From contig NMRA01000053.1 in the NCBI GenBank assembly GCA_002633005.1, forward strand, positions 1 to 64,000: a stretch of 64,000 bases of DNA, read 5' to 3'. Made by a program: the position numbers and the translations under genes. A model generated the notes under the pieces. That model was not told the DNA's origin and did no database searches. It worked only from the letters and a program-made list of their open reading frames with translations. The DNA comes from Phoronis australis (lineage: Eukaryota; Animalia; Phoronida). Below, one piece after another: positions 24,501 through 37,100 of this stretch. Position 1 is the stretch's first letter. The number at the start of each line of letters is the position of its first letter.

Positions 24501-27500
24501 GAAAGCCCAAGCTTGTTTGTTTAAAATAGAGTAGACATAACAAATAGGCAAGGACAATGGTTTTAGTGGAAGAAACATCCAGCACAGGATATTACTAACA
24601 AGAAAAAAGGGTACAAAATACATGGGAAATGTTTTTCAAAAGCACAAAAACTTGTATCAAAATACGAGATTAAGACCATTTGTAATACTAAAAACCTGCT
24701 ATGAGGTCCTTCCTTGAAATTGTGCGTTTCTGGAAAATTAGAAGTAATGATAATAGTTTTTCCAGAAAACTTCTCTTATTTAAAACATGAATTCTTTTTG
24801 GACAAATGCAAAATCAAAACAAGCAAGGCTTGCCATTGACCTTTTTAAAGTTGGCAAAAACTAAGGTTTGCACATCGCAGAGTGTAGATTTATGGGATAC
24901 GAATCCGTCAATTCGAAGTGATGTAGGCGATAACCAGGAAAAGGAGACCAACTACTAAACCCATGTCATCGCAGTCTATCATTTACCTAGCAGATCATTT
25001 CACCTCTTAGAGTTCTTCCATCATTTCTATATCCAGATAACAGCATGAATTCGACAGCACAGCTCCGTTTTGATGAGTCCGTTGGGTAGTCTCAAATTGA
25101 CTGACCGGATACCACAATCCTTTGTGCATATGAAATCTCGCACATACATGTCCTAACACAATAGTCACACTAACTGCGAGCTTGGGATGTGCACATGCAA
25201 TATCACTTCAATATTCAAATGTTTATGATGAGATAAATGCGTTAATAGAGTACCTACATTCAAAGTTGACATCTGCTCTGCTCTTTTCTGTCTCAGTCGC
25301 ATGCTCCATCTGTCGTAACTGTTGGTTAAGTATTCGAACACGTCTACAAAACAACATTTCCTAGAAATCTTCACATTTTAGGAACTACAAAACTTCAAGA
25401 AAATGAAAACACAAACTGACAGTACATTGGTCAAAAACCTGTGGAAAAAAACAATATGGTTGCACTGGGAAAGTAAATACAAACCCACCTCCTTAGTTGA
25501 CTGTTCTCACTTCTCAAGGGTTGCAAGGCCAGTTCCAAGTTGTGCTGCATTCTCATCAAATCATCTGCAGCAGGCAGTCTTACTGCAGTTCCTGGGCCAA
25601 TGATAGGTGGCGACACTACACACACGCGAAAACACAGTTCTTGAAAACATTAATTCCACAAGCAGATTTTCATAGACGAGATAAAGATCAAAATCATACA
25701 TTATTACAGTGCGTTAACCTTAATTGATCTTATGACTGTGCATGGCTTTGAATTGCTTTACCAAAACGTTAACTATATTACAGATATGTATGTCTTTAAA
25801 TATCTATTGGTCACAAACCAAGATCATTTCTCAATTTACATGTAGCATTCGAGAGGCAAAAAATACTGGAACACATAAATATGTGTTCATCTATTCCGTC
25901 TTATACCTACACACCTCAAGTGAATGTTTTAGACCACTCAGTACATCGGTCTTTGTCAAACTGGTTTGTTCACTTGAGGAATGTTAGCATGCGACTACAT
26001 AATCATCTTAGTTAAGCAGGACCCAGACAAAAATGTCCAATTTTGGCAAAATTCAAAACACCATATTTCAGAAATAGTCACATGAAACTTTAAGATACTA
26101 TACTTTGTGCACTGATCTCAAATATGCCATTAGGAATCGTTTTTGAAAAGCACCACTTTGCACGCGGAGACCATCGAAAAGTAGGACTTATATGATTGAT
26201 TTTTATAAAAAAATTAAATAAAAATGTATCTTAAAAATGACATGGTTATGTGACCCAGTTAATGGCAGGCTGGTGTAACGTTAAATGTCAAATTATACAG
26301 GCTTTCTACTTTCAGAAAATACTACCAAGCACTGATTTAAAATCTACAGTTTTGTAGATATTTGGCAAAGTACAAAGACAAGTCGCTAAGGTCCTACATA
26401 GCCATAACATATCCGATGAAACTGTTTGGTGCGTACAGCACTTTCAAATCTGTTAACTTCTGATCCATGACAAAACAGAATGACCATTGGCAGCTACCTT
26501 TACTTGGTTCTTTGTCACACTCTGGAATACCAGCGTCGCCGTCTTCGATGCGTTCAACACCAGAGACTTGACTGCCAGTAATTGTTGAATTAGAGTCGCT
26601 GGCATATGGCGACATATGAAGGTCTTCGAGGACCTCCAGACTTTTGCTCAAATCCAATCGTCCATCTCGACCAATAAATGAAGGATGAAAATTGTTTGAA
26701 GAGTAAGTCATCTTTCGTGACGGAGAGTTTTCAACAGGTATGAATGACGGGTCACCTTTGTCAAATTCTCCATCAATGTGTGACAGATTAAATTGATGCC
26801 TAGGAGGGAAACTATGATCGTGAGGCAGTTCTGACTTTGGATATTGGGCATTATAGCTTTGGTTGGCGATGTGGTCATTCCATGCAGCTGTTGGACTTAC
26901 ACCACGATATTCACGTGTTTCATGTTCAGCACTATTAGATTTACCCACATTTGCATTGCCACTACTGAAAAGATTCCTTCTGAATGAACGGTCACCAAGT
27001 GTCGGACTTTGTTGCAAGTTGTCTTTCCGATCATCTAGCTCAATTTGAGTGACAGGTGTGGTTTTCTTTCCATTCTCCAGGGATGTCCGGCCCCTTACAC
27101 CATGGCTGCCGTCATGAAATCGGACGCGTAAGCCTGCCCTGTCCCTGGACGGGCTTCCCTTCACTGGGTACATGTCTGTTTGTTCCTTGTCGTCAATAAG
27201 CTGAGAACCATTTCTCACTGCTGCCCTCTGTTGATCAGCAGCCCGCAGCTTATCGGTACTCACTGTTGGCCTCTGTTGAGGTGCAGGCCGCAACTTATCA
27301 GCACCCATCTTAAGCCGAGTTTTCACAGACTCCGACCGAGACCGTGTCCTTGGCTTGACAGTTTTTCCTGAGTTGTTGGTGTTGTAGTTAGACTGCGGAG
27401 TGGACGACACCAATCTACTGTTGAACAAGGTTCCTGTAAAGTTTGAACATTTGAAAAACACGCTTGCAGTAGAATCACATTCATTTAGTACACTATATGA

Positions 27501-29445
27501 AAGACCAGAATTTTTTTATTTTTTTCACAAGTGGTAGCAACAACGAGACTTCACAATTGTAGATACTATCAGACAGTACTTTGAAAAGTTGTAGGCATTC
27601 ACAATGTTGGAAGCTTTTGAGAAATGAAAACTGAGCAATTCTGTCAATTATTTTGGTTTCCTGAGATTTTACTGCACCAACTCAGTAGGCAAATATAGAA
27701 ACCAAGAGAAGTTAACCAATGTTTTCTCAGTATCTGTCCCGTCATAACTGCTTTCAGAGGTCAAGACCTGTAAAGTTGCAGAACACAAAAATGATGGGTA
27801 GAACATTTGCTTTAATAAGTTATAATAGCATTTTGGAAAAAAAAAACTATTCAACACCCACTGGAAATAATTTTGATACTGTACGAAAACCTCTTCAGGG
27901 CTCTATGTGGTGACCTGCAAGTTGCCAGGACTTTGCCATCCACACGTATCCAAGCACGGTGCTCAAAATACTATTGACAGAAAGTAAACTGATGAGAGCC
28001 CGAGTTGTTTGGCAAAAACTGGAAGAACCCGTTCACAGTTCATGTATGGAGAACATGTCCTGACTGACTGCTTTGCAGCTTGATAGGGAAATTGGTCATT
28101 ACTGACAAGTTAAGTTTCAGTTCGACTGTAAAAAATAGGAAAATCTAGGCCTACACAGTGCTCCATACTTTTTGGCAACCTCAATTTTTGTTTAGCGACC
28201 TGGAAATTTCTCCAGTTACCTTTCCGGCTATTATCACTGGGGAACTTGGAAAGCTGTGCTATACTCCTTTTCTTGCTGCCTCTGTTTTGGTCATCTTGAT
28301 CGCTGCCCAAAATGTCCTTCAGAAGTTGCGCACATCGGTCGAGATCTTTGTTCGTCGCCACAACTGGATCCTCAGAATCCGTCGAGTAGAGAGAGTATGC
28401 TGGGTCTACTTCTTCGGTGTTCCCCTTTTTGCCACCAGGTGGTAGAGCAGAGCTCCTGCTTGCCTGTTTTCCATTGACTCTACTCTTCTTGTTCAGCTAT
28501 GAAAATATAAAGATTTACTATACTAGGATGTAGAGGGAAACACACAAAAAATAGAGATTGGCAACATCTGCCCACATTGCTGCATGAAATCGTACGATGC
28601 AAGCGCGCACCCAGGGGGAAGCTTGGGGGACTCAAAGTGGGCAAAAAGGTCCGCCTCAAAAGGTAGAAAACGAGACAAAAGCCCACTAAATGGGCAGGAA
28701 CTACCAAAATTCCGTAAATGTACAATTCATAGCTCTGAATGTACCCAATGAATTTTAGTAAAACCTCCACGCTATCGAAAATTCGAGCTCCCCGCATTTT
28801 TTAGGCTGGGTGCGCATGTCATGATGTAGATGGATATAACCTAAAATACTAATAATCATATTTTAAAATCAACTACTTTCATTGGTTTCAAAACTTATGA
28901 CGTACAAAATTATTAATAGTACAATTTTTCACATGATCGTCCAAAGTTAACGAATTTTCAATAAAGAGCTTTTACTAATCATGGGCGAAGCAGCACTGAA
29001 ACAAGTGGGGGGCTATAGTCCTCCCAGCCCCCTATAGTGCGCCGCCCATGAGTGACGCAGCACTGAAACAAGTGGGGGGGGGCTATAGCTCATGTTAATG
29101 CCTTATTCAATTAATACGAAACATTGCACCAGTTCAGTTCAAATCTCAATGTCATCTATTGTTTCTACAGATAAGAAATGTGACTGATAATACAAAGCTA
29201 CAAGTTCACAATGACACTGACTCATTTCTGGGCAATTGGTCGGATATAACGTGCCAACATTTTGAAAACCAGTTTGATGCCCGTTACTCAGTAGAGAAGA
29301 TTGATCAAATACTGATTCTCAAAATAAAGGCATGTTATATCCGACAATTACCTATTTCTGCATGGAATTGTATATGGACTACCTGATTCAGCTTGGAACC
29401 TTTTTTTCCAGAGATTTTTTTTCCAGAACGTGCTGATACTGGCAT
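21473..29445 (-). CDS. CCDC14: Coiled-coil domain-containing protein 14 (centriolar satellite protein), eight coding exons
   Basis: Phase-consistent exons 29445-29383, 28496-28220, 27433-26498, 25615-25489, 25343-25258, 23764-23607, 22601-22408 and 22091-21473. Motifs YSLYSTDSED..DLDRCAQLLKDIL and [26 protein letters not shown] match human CCDC14 as I recall it ([48 protein letters not shown]). Confidence 0.9.
23221..23512. mobile_element. MITE with long imperfect TIRs (Harbinger-like)
   Basis: ggggcttgtttaccgaagggactactggcttttg aligns with the reverse complement of caaaagtcaatagactcttcaatagacaagccgc. Confidence 0.6.
28600..28818. mobile_element. MITE with GCGCGCACCCAG termini, same family as 41921-42159 in the opposite orientation
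   Basis: Termini gcgcgcacccag and ctgggtgcgcatg. The internal aagtgggcaaaaaggtccgcctca is the reverse complement of sequence in the 41.9-kb copy. Confidence 0.75.
28980..29094. repeat. Mini-MITE (catgggcg..cgcccatg) followed by a partial tandem copy
   Basis: gcagcactgaaacaagtgggggg..ctatag occurs twice, and the first copy has short inverted termini. Confidence 0.55.
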
Positions 29446-30263
29446 GATACTGCAAAAGCTCTTCCAAAATTAAAAATAAAACTGCATACGTCTGAAAATG
29501 AAAAGTTATTAATGCCTTAGACGTCTTCTGTTAAACTTCTCCTTAAATCATTGTAGTTCATTTTTTGCTACATTGTTCGGCACAAAACATGTTCCTACTT
29601 GGTAACAGTAAACTAAAGTTGTCCCAGATTTGAAGAATCAGTGGACGTTTACATGAAACATCCCTAAATATGTACTCCACTGCATTTCCTGGATCTTTTG
29701 CACACATCTGTAGACTTTCTTTAAGTCACTAATGGTATTTTTGAACATCTTTATCTTTCTTGGGAGTGCCTCTGTTACGTACGACACTTTCTAATACCAT
29801 ATCTGAAAACTGTGAATTTATGTCAGTTGAAACACATAGACTTACATAGTCTTTAAATTAGGGGCATTAAATGAAGATCCCTTATCCATTTTCAATAATA
29901 TTAAGAATTTAATTAAGATTTACTCTTGGTGTTTTTCAAGCTAAAATTGACTAACTTAGTAATTAGTTATGAAAAATTACAAAGGAGAAAAGACGGACAC
30001 TGTTTGCACAACACAAATGAACAAATAAACCAAAAATTTAAGAAACACAGTTCAGTAACTATACATCTAAGACTGTTATACACAACCACCCGCCATGGAT
30101 TCCACCTTGTCTAAAATTTTCTTATGCTTCAGTACGACACCGTAGTAAAATTTGATGTCAAATGTTACTATAACACAAATTCAATGCAAAATCAACATTT
30201 TTCCGATAAAGATTTTCCTCTCAACCAAAAAATTACCCTCTTAGATTCTTAGAAGGTACAGCC

Positions 30264-30334
30264 GCAGCACCTACGTGTTGCCTAATTGCCTACCTGTGGC
30301 ACAGGTAGGCAATTAGGCAACACGTAGGTGCTGC
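30264..30334. repeat. Perfect 71-bp palindrome (35-bp arms, 1-nt centre)
   Basis: gcagcacctacgtgttgcctaattgcctacctgtg-g-cacaggtaggcaattaggcaacacgtaggtgctgc. Confidence 0.95.
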
Positions 30335-30684
30335 CTATAGGCCACATAGGCACCTTTCCCCTTGCAACCCTGTATTAAAAAAGAAAATAGGTGACCGTGG
30401 GACCAATGAATTACAAAAACTCTTAACACTGAATAAAAAAATTCACTTGACTGCCTCACTGTCAATGAACATTCAGGGCGATGTAGTTGCCTATTCCATA
30501 GACATAAACAGTAAACTAGTTAGCCAATAATCAGCCAGCCACAGGCACAGGGTTAATTTATGCCTTCGGAATATTTTCGATTCATTCTGGATTCCAGCAC
30601 AATTTGTATTGAAAGATAAAATTACAGAAAATCACAAACTCACTTATTTTTCTTTGCAAGACAAAAGCTTGTCAATTAACTTTG

Positions 30685-30790
30685 TATTCGCCGCCATTTT
30701 TTTTAATTTTTGTCTATAGAGGGCGCGCATGCGCCTTGTCCGTCATTCTGACGATTCAAACACGCCAGACAGACAGTTCATTGACATTGC
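30685..30790. promoter_or_regulatory. Putative bidirectional promoter of CCDC14 (-) and NT5C3 (+)
   Basis: The genes diverge from ATGs at 29445 and 31139. There is an NRF1 palindrome gcgcatgcgc near 30725-30734 and a YY1-type cgccgccatttt near 30689-30700. A minus-strand donor gtgagt lies near 30640 and a plus-strand acceptor tttttcttccag at 31095. Confidence 0.65.
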
Positions 30791-31138
30791 TGAATAGCTG
30801 AAATTCGAAACTTCTCTTCCTCAATGACTATGTTCTAGTGAGGTTTTTACCCATATGCTTCATTTTCCTCCAAGCTCGAATTAAGTCTTTGGTTGTACTA
30901 TAGATTTTAACGGTTTATACGTTTTATAAGTGACATGTATGCCAGGCCAGTCAAAACTGTTCATTCATTGTCGGACGAAATTGCCTGTCGTGCTATCCAG
31001 TCAGCCGTTGTTTGCACCGAGGCTGTATTCATTGTTGAACTTGCAAATGAAGCAAATAATTTGTCTATTGTTCCAAACTTGACTTTTTCTTCCAGATTTA
31101 GTAATTCTGCAATTCTGCTTGAAAGAGAAGGGTAATTT

Positions 31139-34100
31139 ATGGTGGCGCTGACACTAAGTGTTTCATCACGTGTACTTTTGGGAGTTGGTGTTGGTCTGAG
31201 TGTTGGAGTGATCGGGGCCTTCTTTGTTAAGAAAGCATTAAAAGCCAAGGAAATGAAAGTCTTTCAAATTGAGATGGTAAGAAAGGTTTTGTGCAAGACA
31301 AAGATTTAATTTAAAAATGTACTGTAAGGAATGTAAAGTATAGGATATACACTAGGCAATGACCATCGCCTCTGTTGGCCTGAAGCAGAGGCGATGCAGA
31401 GGCTATAGGCGCTCTGTACGCCGGAAGCTTTTCGGCGAATTATGCCTCTCACCGACTTAACCATCAAAGTCACGTTGTTATAAATACCTTTTGCGCATAG
31501 AGGAACACCTGAGGAGGTTGTCGATGTGTTTAATTCCTTCCAACTCGAACAAATACTCCCGTTATGAAACTTTTTCTTCGAGCAGTCCCTATTTCAGTTC
31601 CCAAAATCGTGAAATTAACTTTTTCATTTTTTTAACCAGGCCGAAGGTCAGAAGTTGCGGACCTACCGGCGAACTTTGAAAGCTGAAGTTCCCGCCCTTC
31701 GCGTACGTGCTGCCGGGAACCAGCCGTGCATTTGCCGTGTTGTTAAACATTAAAATGTCAAATATGTGCACAAAGACTATTAAATGTCATATCAACAGCA
31801 TTTATTTTTATCAAATACAAACAATAATTCATTGAAATACAATCAGTTTCAAGTAACGCCAATTAAAGACAAGTATAAGTGGTGGCATTTTGGAAACGAA
31901 CATTTGACTGACAAGACCGCAATGGCTCACCTTTGGCCTATTTAAAGATTGAGGTCATGAAGTCACATCACCTAGCGAGCGCGGTAAAAATTGGAGCGTG
32001 CGCAGTATAAAAATGGTGAGTTCACGATTTTGGGAACTGAAATAGGGACTGCTCGAAGAAAAAGTTTGATAATTGGAGTATTTGTTCGAGTTGGAAGGAA
32101 TTAAACACATCGACAACCTCCTCAGGTGTTCCTCTATGCGCAAAAGGTATTTATAACAACGTGACTTTGATGGTTTAGTCGGTGCGAGGCATAATTCGCC
32201 GAAAAGCTTCCGGCGTACAGAGTGCCTATAGCCTCTGCTTCGGGCCAACAGAGGCGATGGTCATTGCCTAAGGATACACATGTACAAAACTGACATGGGT
32301 ATTGCAAAATTAACAAGAATGTGTTGTCTGCTCACTGCAAATGTGACCTGTGCCAGAGTATGTGCGGAATACCATAAGGGACATCCACTTTTAATAATTT
32401 CGAATTTATTTATTTTTATAGCACTTAACCTCTTCATTCCATTAGTAAATCATTTAAACCGGGAATGGATTGGTTTTTGTTAAAACTGGTAGTGAAGACA
32501 CAGTGTGAATCCAGATAGTTTGTTTTTGCCAGTATGGTAAGCATACTGAGCTCAAGTGTTGTGTTTTCTGTCTGTCTATTAGGGCATGGCACGTTTTGTC
32601 TCTTCCATCCTTGAGCTTGGTCTTGAGTGCATGACGTAAATGTAGTGTGAACTTATTGAGGGCCGTCATGGAAAGTAAGTGCTCTGCACTTATGGGGGTT
32701 TCCTTCCTTAAATGGATAAACTTTAAAAACAACGATTTTGGCTTGATAGATGTATCATCTCTTGTACTCCGTGTACGTGCAGTTCATAAGAACCTACTGA
32801 GAACACTGCCCTTCATTCTGTACCAAGGGGTCTGCATTGCCAGCCGAAAAAAGAGCAGCTGCACCCCTAAATTGTATTATTAAATCAATTCTATTGTGTC
32901 ACTTACAGTTTTGGACATCTGTCACTTTTAATCCAGTCATTTTATTGAGATTGATTTCAATTAACAGCCTTTTTTAATCCTGGTTTAAACATAAGTCAGA
33001 GTGTCTGTTGGACCTTCATGCTTCTGTATAAACAGACAAATCAATAACAATCCTCAAGCCATCATTTCACAGATTTTGCTTGGGTCTGGTTCATTCATTT
33101 GCAAACGTGAGCATTTGCCATGTGAAAAGAATGAATATGTAGCCTCATGGTATACACTGACACCAATCTGTGAATGTGGCAACTTAAACTGTTGCCAGAG
33201 AAATTTGAGCATGAAAGAGTTACCTGTTAATGACTTGGGTAAAAATTCCATAATTCAAACTCTTCTTGAATGTAGTACGGTGTTATACCAGACTCTCTCT
33301 TTAGATTGAAGAGCTACATAAGCCATGGGTACATATGAAAGACCCGGAGAGGGTGGCCAAAATTATCTCTGGAATAGTTGAAGGTGGAAAGGACAAGTTA
33401 CAGGTAGGCGTGTCACCGTGTGTGCTATTGAAATGATCTATAGTGGAAATTTGTGATTCCTGAATCTGTCGGAGAATATGTCCACCCCCTACATGTCATT
33501 TATTGTTGCGTATAACTAAGCCCATCTGTTTAATTTCAAAGATGCCAATTACAGTGAGATATAAGAATGTGTGATTGGATCATGTGATGTATTTGTTCTT
33601 TTCAGGTGATTGCTGATTTTGACAGAACACTCACACCACACTCGTTCAAGGGGAAGAAAATACCATCGTGTCATTGTAAGTTTGAATTCACACGTCTAGT
33701 GTATTAAATTATACAGGTCTGGTGGAAATCAAGTCCTGAATTTGAAGACATAACACGGGGCTCGACACTTAGCTTAACGTCATCTAAGCAAATGCAACCT
33801 AACAAAATTCCCAGGTCACCAAACAGAAAATGAGTTTGCCAAAACAAAAGCCCTGGTCCGTACAAATTACTGCTCATAGTTTGCATCGGCCATAAATGTA
33901 AAAACAGGACATTCTAATTGAAGAACCGGCAAACTGAGCAAATGGCCACGGGAACACCCAATATAGGCCTGGAGGCCAAATAATTTCCCCTCACGTCCAA
34001 TATCCTGCCCAGGTTCAACTTCCTAAGGGAAAACCAGATGATCCAGAAAAATTGTCAGTGCATGAGTCATCACCGGGCCTTTCCGGTCTTTGCCGAACAA

Positions 34101-37100
34101 TTCTGATTTCTACGGATTTGTGCTTGGGATTTTTACCAGGTCGCCAAACAAATTCTGAGGTCGCATTTGGGACCTGCAGATCTCCATATCGAGCCTTCAA
34201 GCTCAAAGTAATAGATAAAAGTGAAAGTTCTTGAAACCTAGTGTCGAAATGATGTTGAAATGCGTTGTCAATCCTGTAAGAGTTACTCCATGATTGTCAC
34301 CACAAAATTGTTAGAATTTTCACCATTTTGCCTTGTAATATAGATCGCCGTTATAAATGCCATTGTTCCAGATTTCTAGAATCACTGACTATTCAGCACA
34401 CTGCAGATATGTTAGGCTTTTAGACTACTTTTGTGCCCCCTAATGACACTTCTGCTTTTTCCGTACACATCTGTTTCTCCTAAACCCCTGCAGGATCTTT
34501 GTAGAATTTGAGAAGTGTATCTCTATCAACATGACAACGGATGACTACTTTTGGATGTATCTGAGTATACCACTGTGCTCCTTAGTGCCAGTTTTATTTT
34601 TTTATGGTCTTGGCATATGTGTTCATATTGAGGAGAGCATTGCTTCCTTTAGTGGGATATTTGAAATGGTAATCCTCCGTTGTTTTTGCGATATATTCGA
34701 CGCTCTCTGTGGGTGCATGTCAACGCTCTGCATTGCTCTTGTTTTACTTTTGATGCGCATTTTACAACTTACAGTCATTATTTTTACAGGTATGCTGGAA
34801 TTAATGTCACGTTTTCGCTGTTAATCTCCCTTAATGTTGTATTTAGATCTACCTCAGTGGGTCAAAAATAACAAACTCAAAATAAGATAAAATAAGAATG
34901 AAATACTTTATTAGGAAAAAATAACACATATTAGCTTCATTTAAACCAAACGATAATCATGGAATCCAGTTGTCTTATTTCACAAAATCATATCAAAGCA
35001 TTTAATCCTGGTCATTGAGTGAAGCGGATGTCAAGGTAATAGTAATGATTGCTCTCAATACAACTTTTAGATGGTTTCAACCACTGGTATAAAGTTTGAC
35101 ATTTTGTGACTGGTTTTTTGTATTTGTCTCCTACAGGTATCCTTGACAACAGTCCATATTTACCTCCCGGCTTCAGAGAAAAGGTAAGTACTTCACTGGT
35201 ATGCTGAACCATCTTAAAGTTTTGCAAAGGTGAAATTATTGCAAGCAGTTAAGCTATTTTACTGATATCGTGAGTGAAAGGTGACAGGTTTCACCTATTT
35301 TCATAAAGAATAGGCAGAATATTATAATTTTTAGTGATAGATCAATGCAACAATAAATTATGTAATAGAAAATCCATGTTTGGGGCATCGGGCATGTCAT
35401 TTTCCCAGAATATTTCATTTGGCCCTTCTGGGTCTCCAGTGCAAATTCATATGTCTTTCCTCTACAACATCTTTGACTTTCTCTGCGACAGGCTGCTAAG
35501 ATAAGAGACACGTACTACCCTCTGGAGATCAGTCCCGATCTGACTATTGCGGAGAAGTACCCCCTGATGGTGGAGTGGTGGACAAAAGCACATAATCTGC
35601 TCCTCACCTGTAATTTAACTAGGAAAACCATTGAGGAGACTGTGGCTTCGTCTGACACCATGCTAAGGTGAGCTGAGGTGTTCAACTAACAGTCGATCAG
35701 CCAACCAGCATCTCTGAAGGACATACAGTCATTGGCGTCTGAAAAGCTCAAGTCACAAAAGTGTTTACTTTGGTTAGGCCAAAAAAAGCATGGTGTGGTA
35801 TTTTTTGATTGCTCACTTCTTCAAAAAAAATCCACCTGATACGAGAAAAAAATGACGCGGGATTTATTTGTTTTACTCATCGCTTGGCAAATCACGACCT
35901 TTCAAACCTTGCGTGCCCTTGCTTTCATGCCATGTGCAGCTTTTCAGAGAAGGCACCAGACTTTGGCTGAGAATTATAAGGGGCGGGTGTTTTTTTAGCC
36001 TGAGCACAGGCCTCAAAAAGAGTTGGGGTAAAGAGCAGAATCAAATGTGCTTTTTGTCTGTGCCACCTTCTTTTTTAAGGTGTGGAGACCAGTGATGACA
36101 GTAGTCTGTGCTATCTACTGTGTTGTCACACTATAGGTTGACTTGGGTTTGTGCACAGAGTTCTCATCTTAATATCTTGATGCCTGCAATGTACTGCAGT
36201 GTTTCCTTAAAAGGGTAGAGTGTCATTTATGGCAAAAGTGCTGCAGGTGTACCTCTGTTTGGGTCCAGTGTGATAAGTTGGTTTTGTGACAGCTCAGTAC
36301 TTCATCAATTTCTTCATTATTTGATTTGTGACAAGGAAACCCCATAAAAAATTCATTGGTTTTCAAAGTGCATTTTGTTTTTAAGAACATTTTATTGTGT
36401 GCCTTGATGTGTTAAATTTGAGTTGCTTTAAATGGTAAACTGTGTTTTTGCAGAGAATGTTATGAATGGTTGTATGTATGTTCATGGTAAATATTCATGC
36501 GTTTAGAGAAAGTTGGTATTGGATATTTGTTCTCTGTAAATATTCATGTCTTTACAGGGAAGGTTGTGATTGGATGTTCCAACAGCTCAGTAGGAAAGAC
36601 ATTCCACTCCTTGTATTTAGTGCTGGTGTTGGTGATGTCATCGAGGAAATAATCAGGCAGAAGTCGAAGCTATACAGTAATATCAAAATAGTTTCAAATT
36701 ACCTGGACTATAATTCTCAGGTAAACTAGCAAAACTTTCATCACGTGCAAACATTCGTGAGATATTTATTGATCATTTTCGTTTTGGGCACGGTTATTTT
36801 AAACCATCAGGGGAGAATACAACAATTTTCTAATTAGCCAGTTAAGTAGACAGTGATCTTGGTAATCCCCAACAAGAGGCACCAGTCACATTTAAAAGTC
36901 AGTTCTTAAACAGGAAATTATTTTAAAATCCAAGGTGGTCGTTTACCTGAATTACCAATTTGGGTAAAAACCCAGCGAGTTGCATTGTGTCGGCCTCTTC
37001 ACATGCAATAGCTAAGCTGCACTTGATTGACTCAACTATGTCAACCGGCTAAAACTTCTGATTGGTCTATAAGCTGTAGGTCGTCACCGAGAACCAGGTG

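Noticed and set aside
25907-25985. Possible extra CCDC14 exon
   Set aside because: No phase-compatible acceptor without stops. It is a short inverted repeat (cctcaagtgaa/ttcacttgagg), and the flanking exons already join in phase.
31491-32316. Mirror ORFs containing RIEEHLRRLSMCLIPSNSNKYS on both strands
   Set aside because: They are a by-product of the long terminal inverted repeats and have no transposase motifs.
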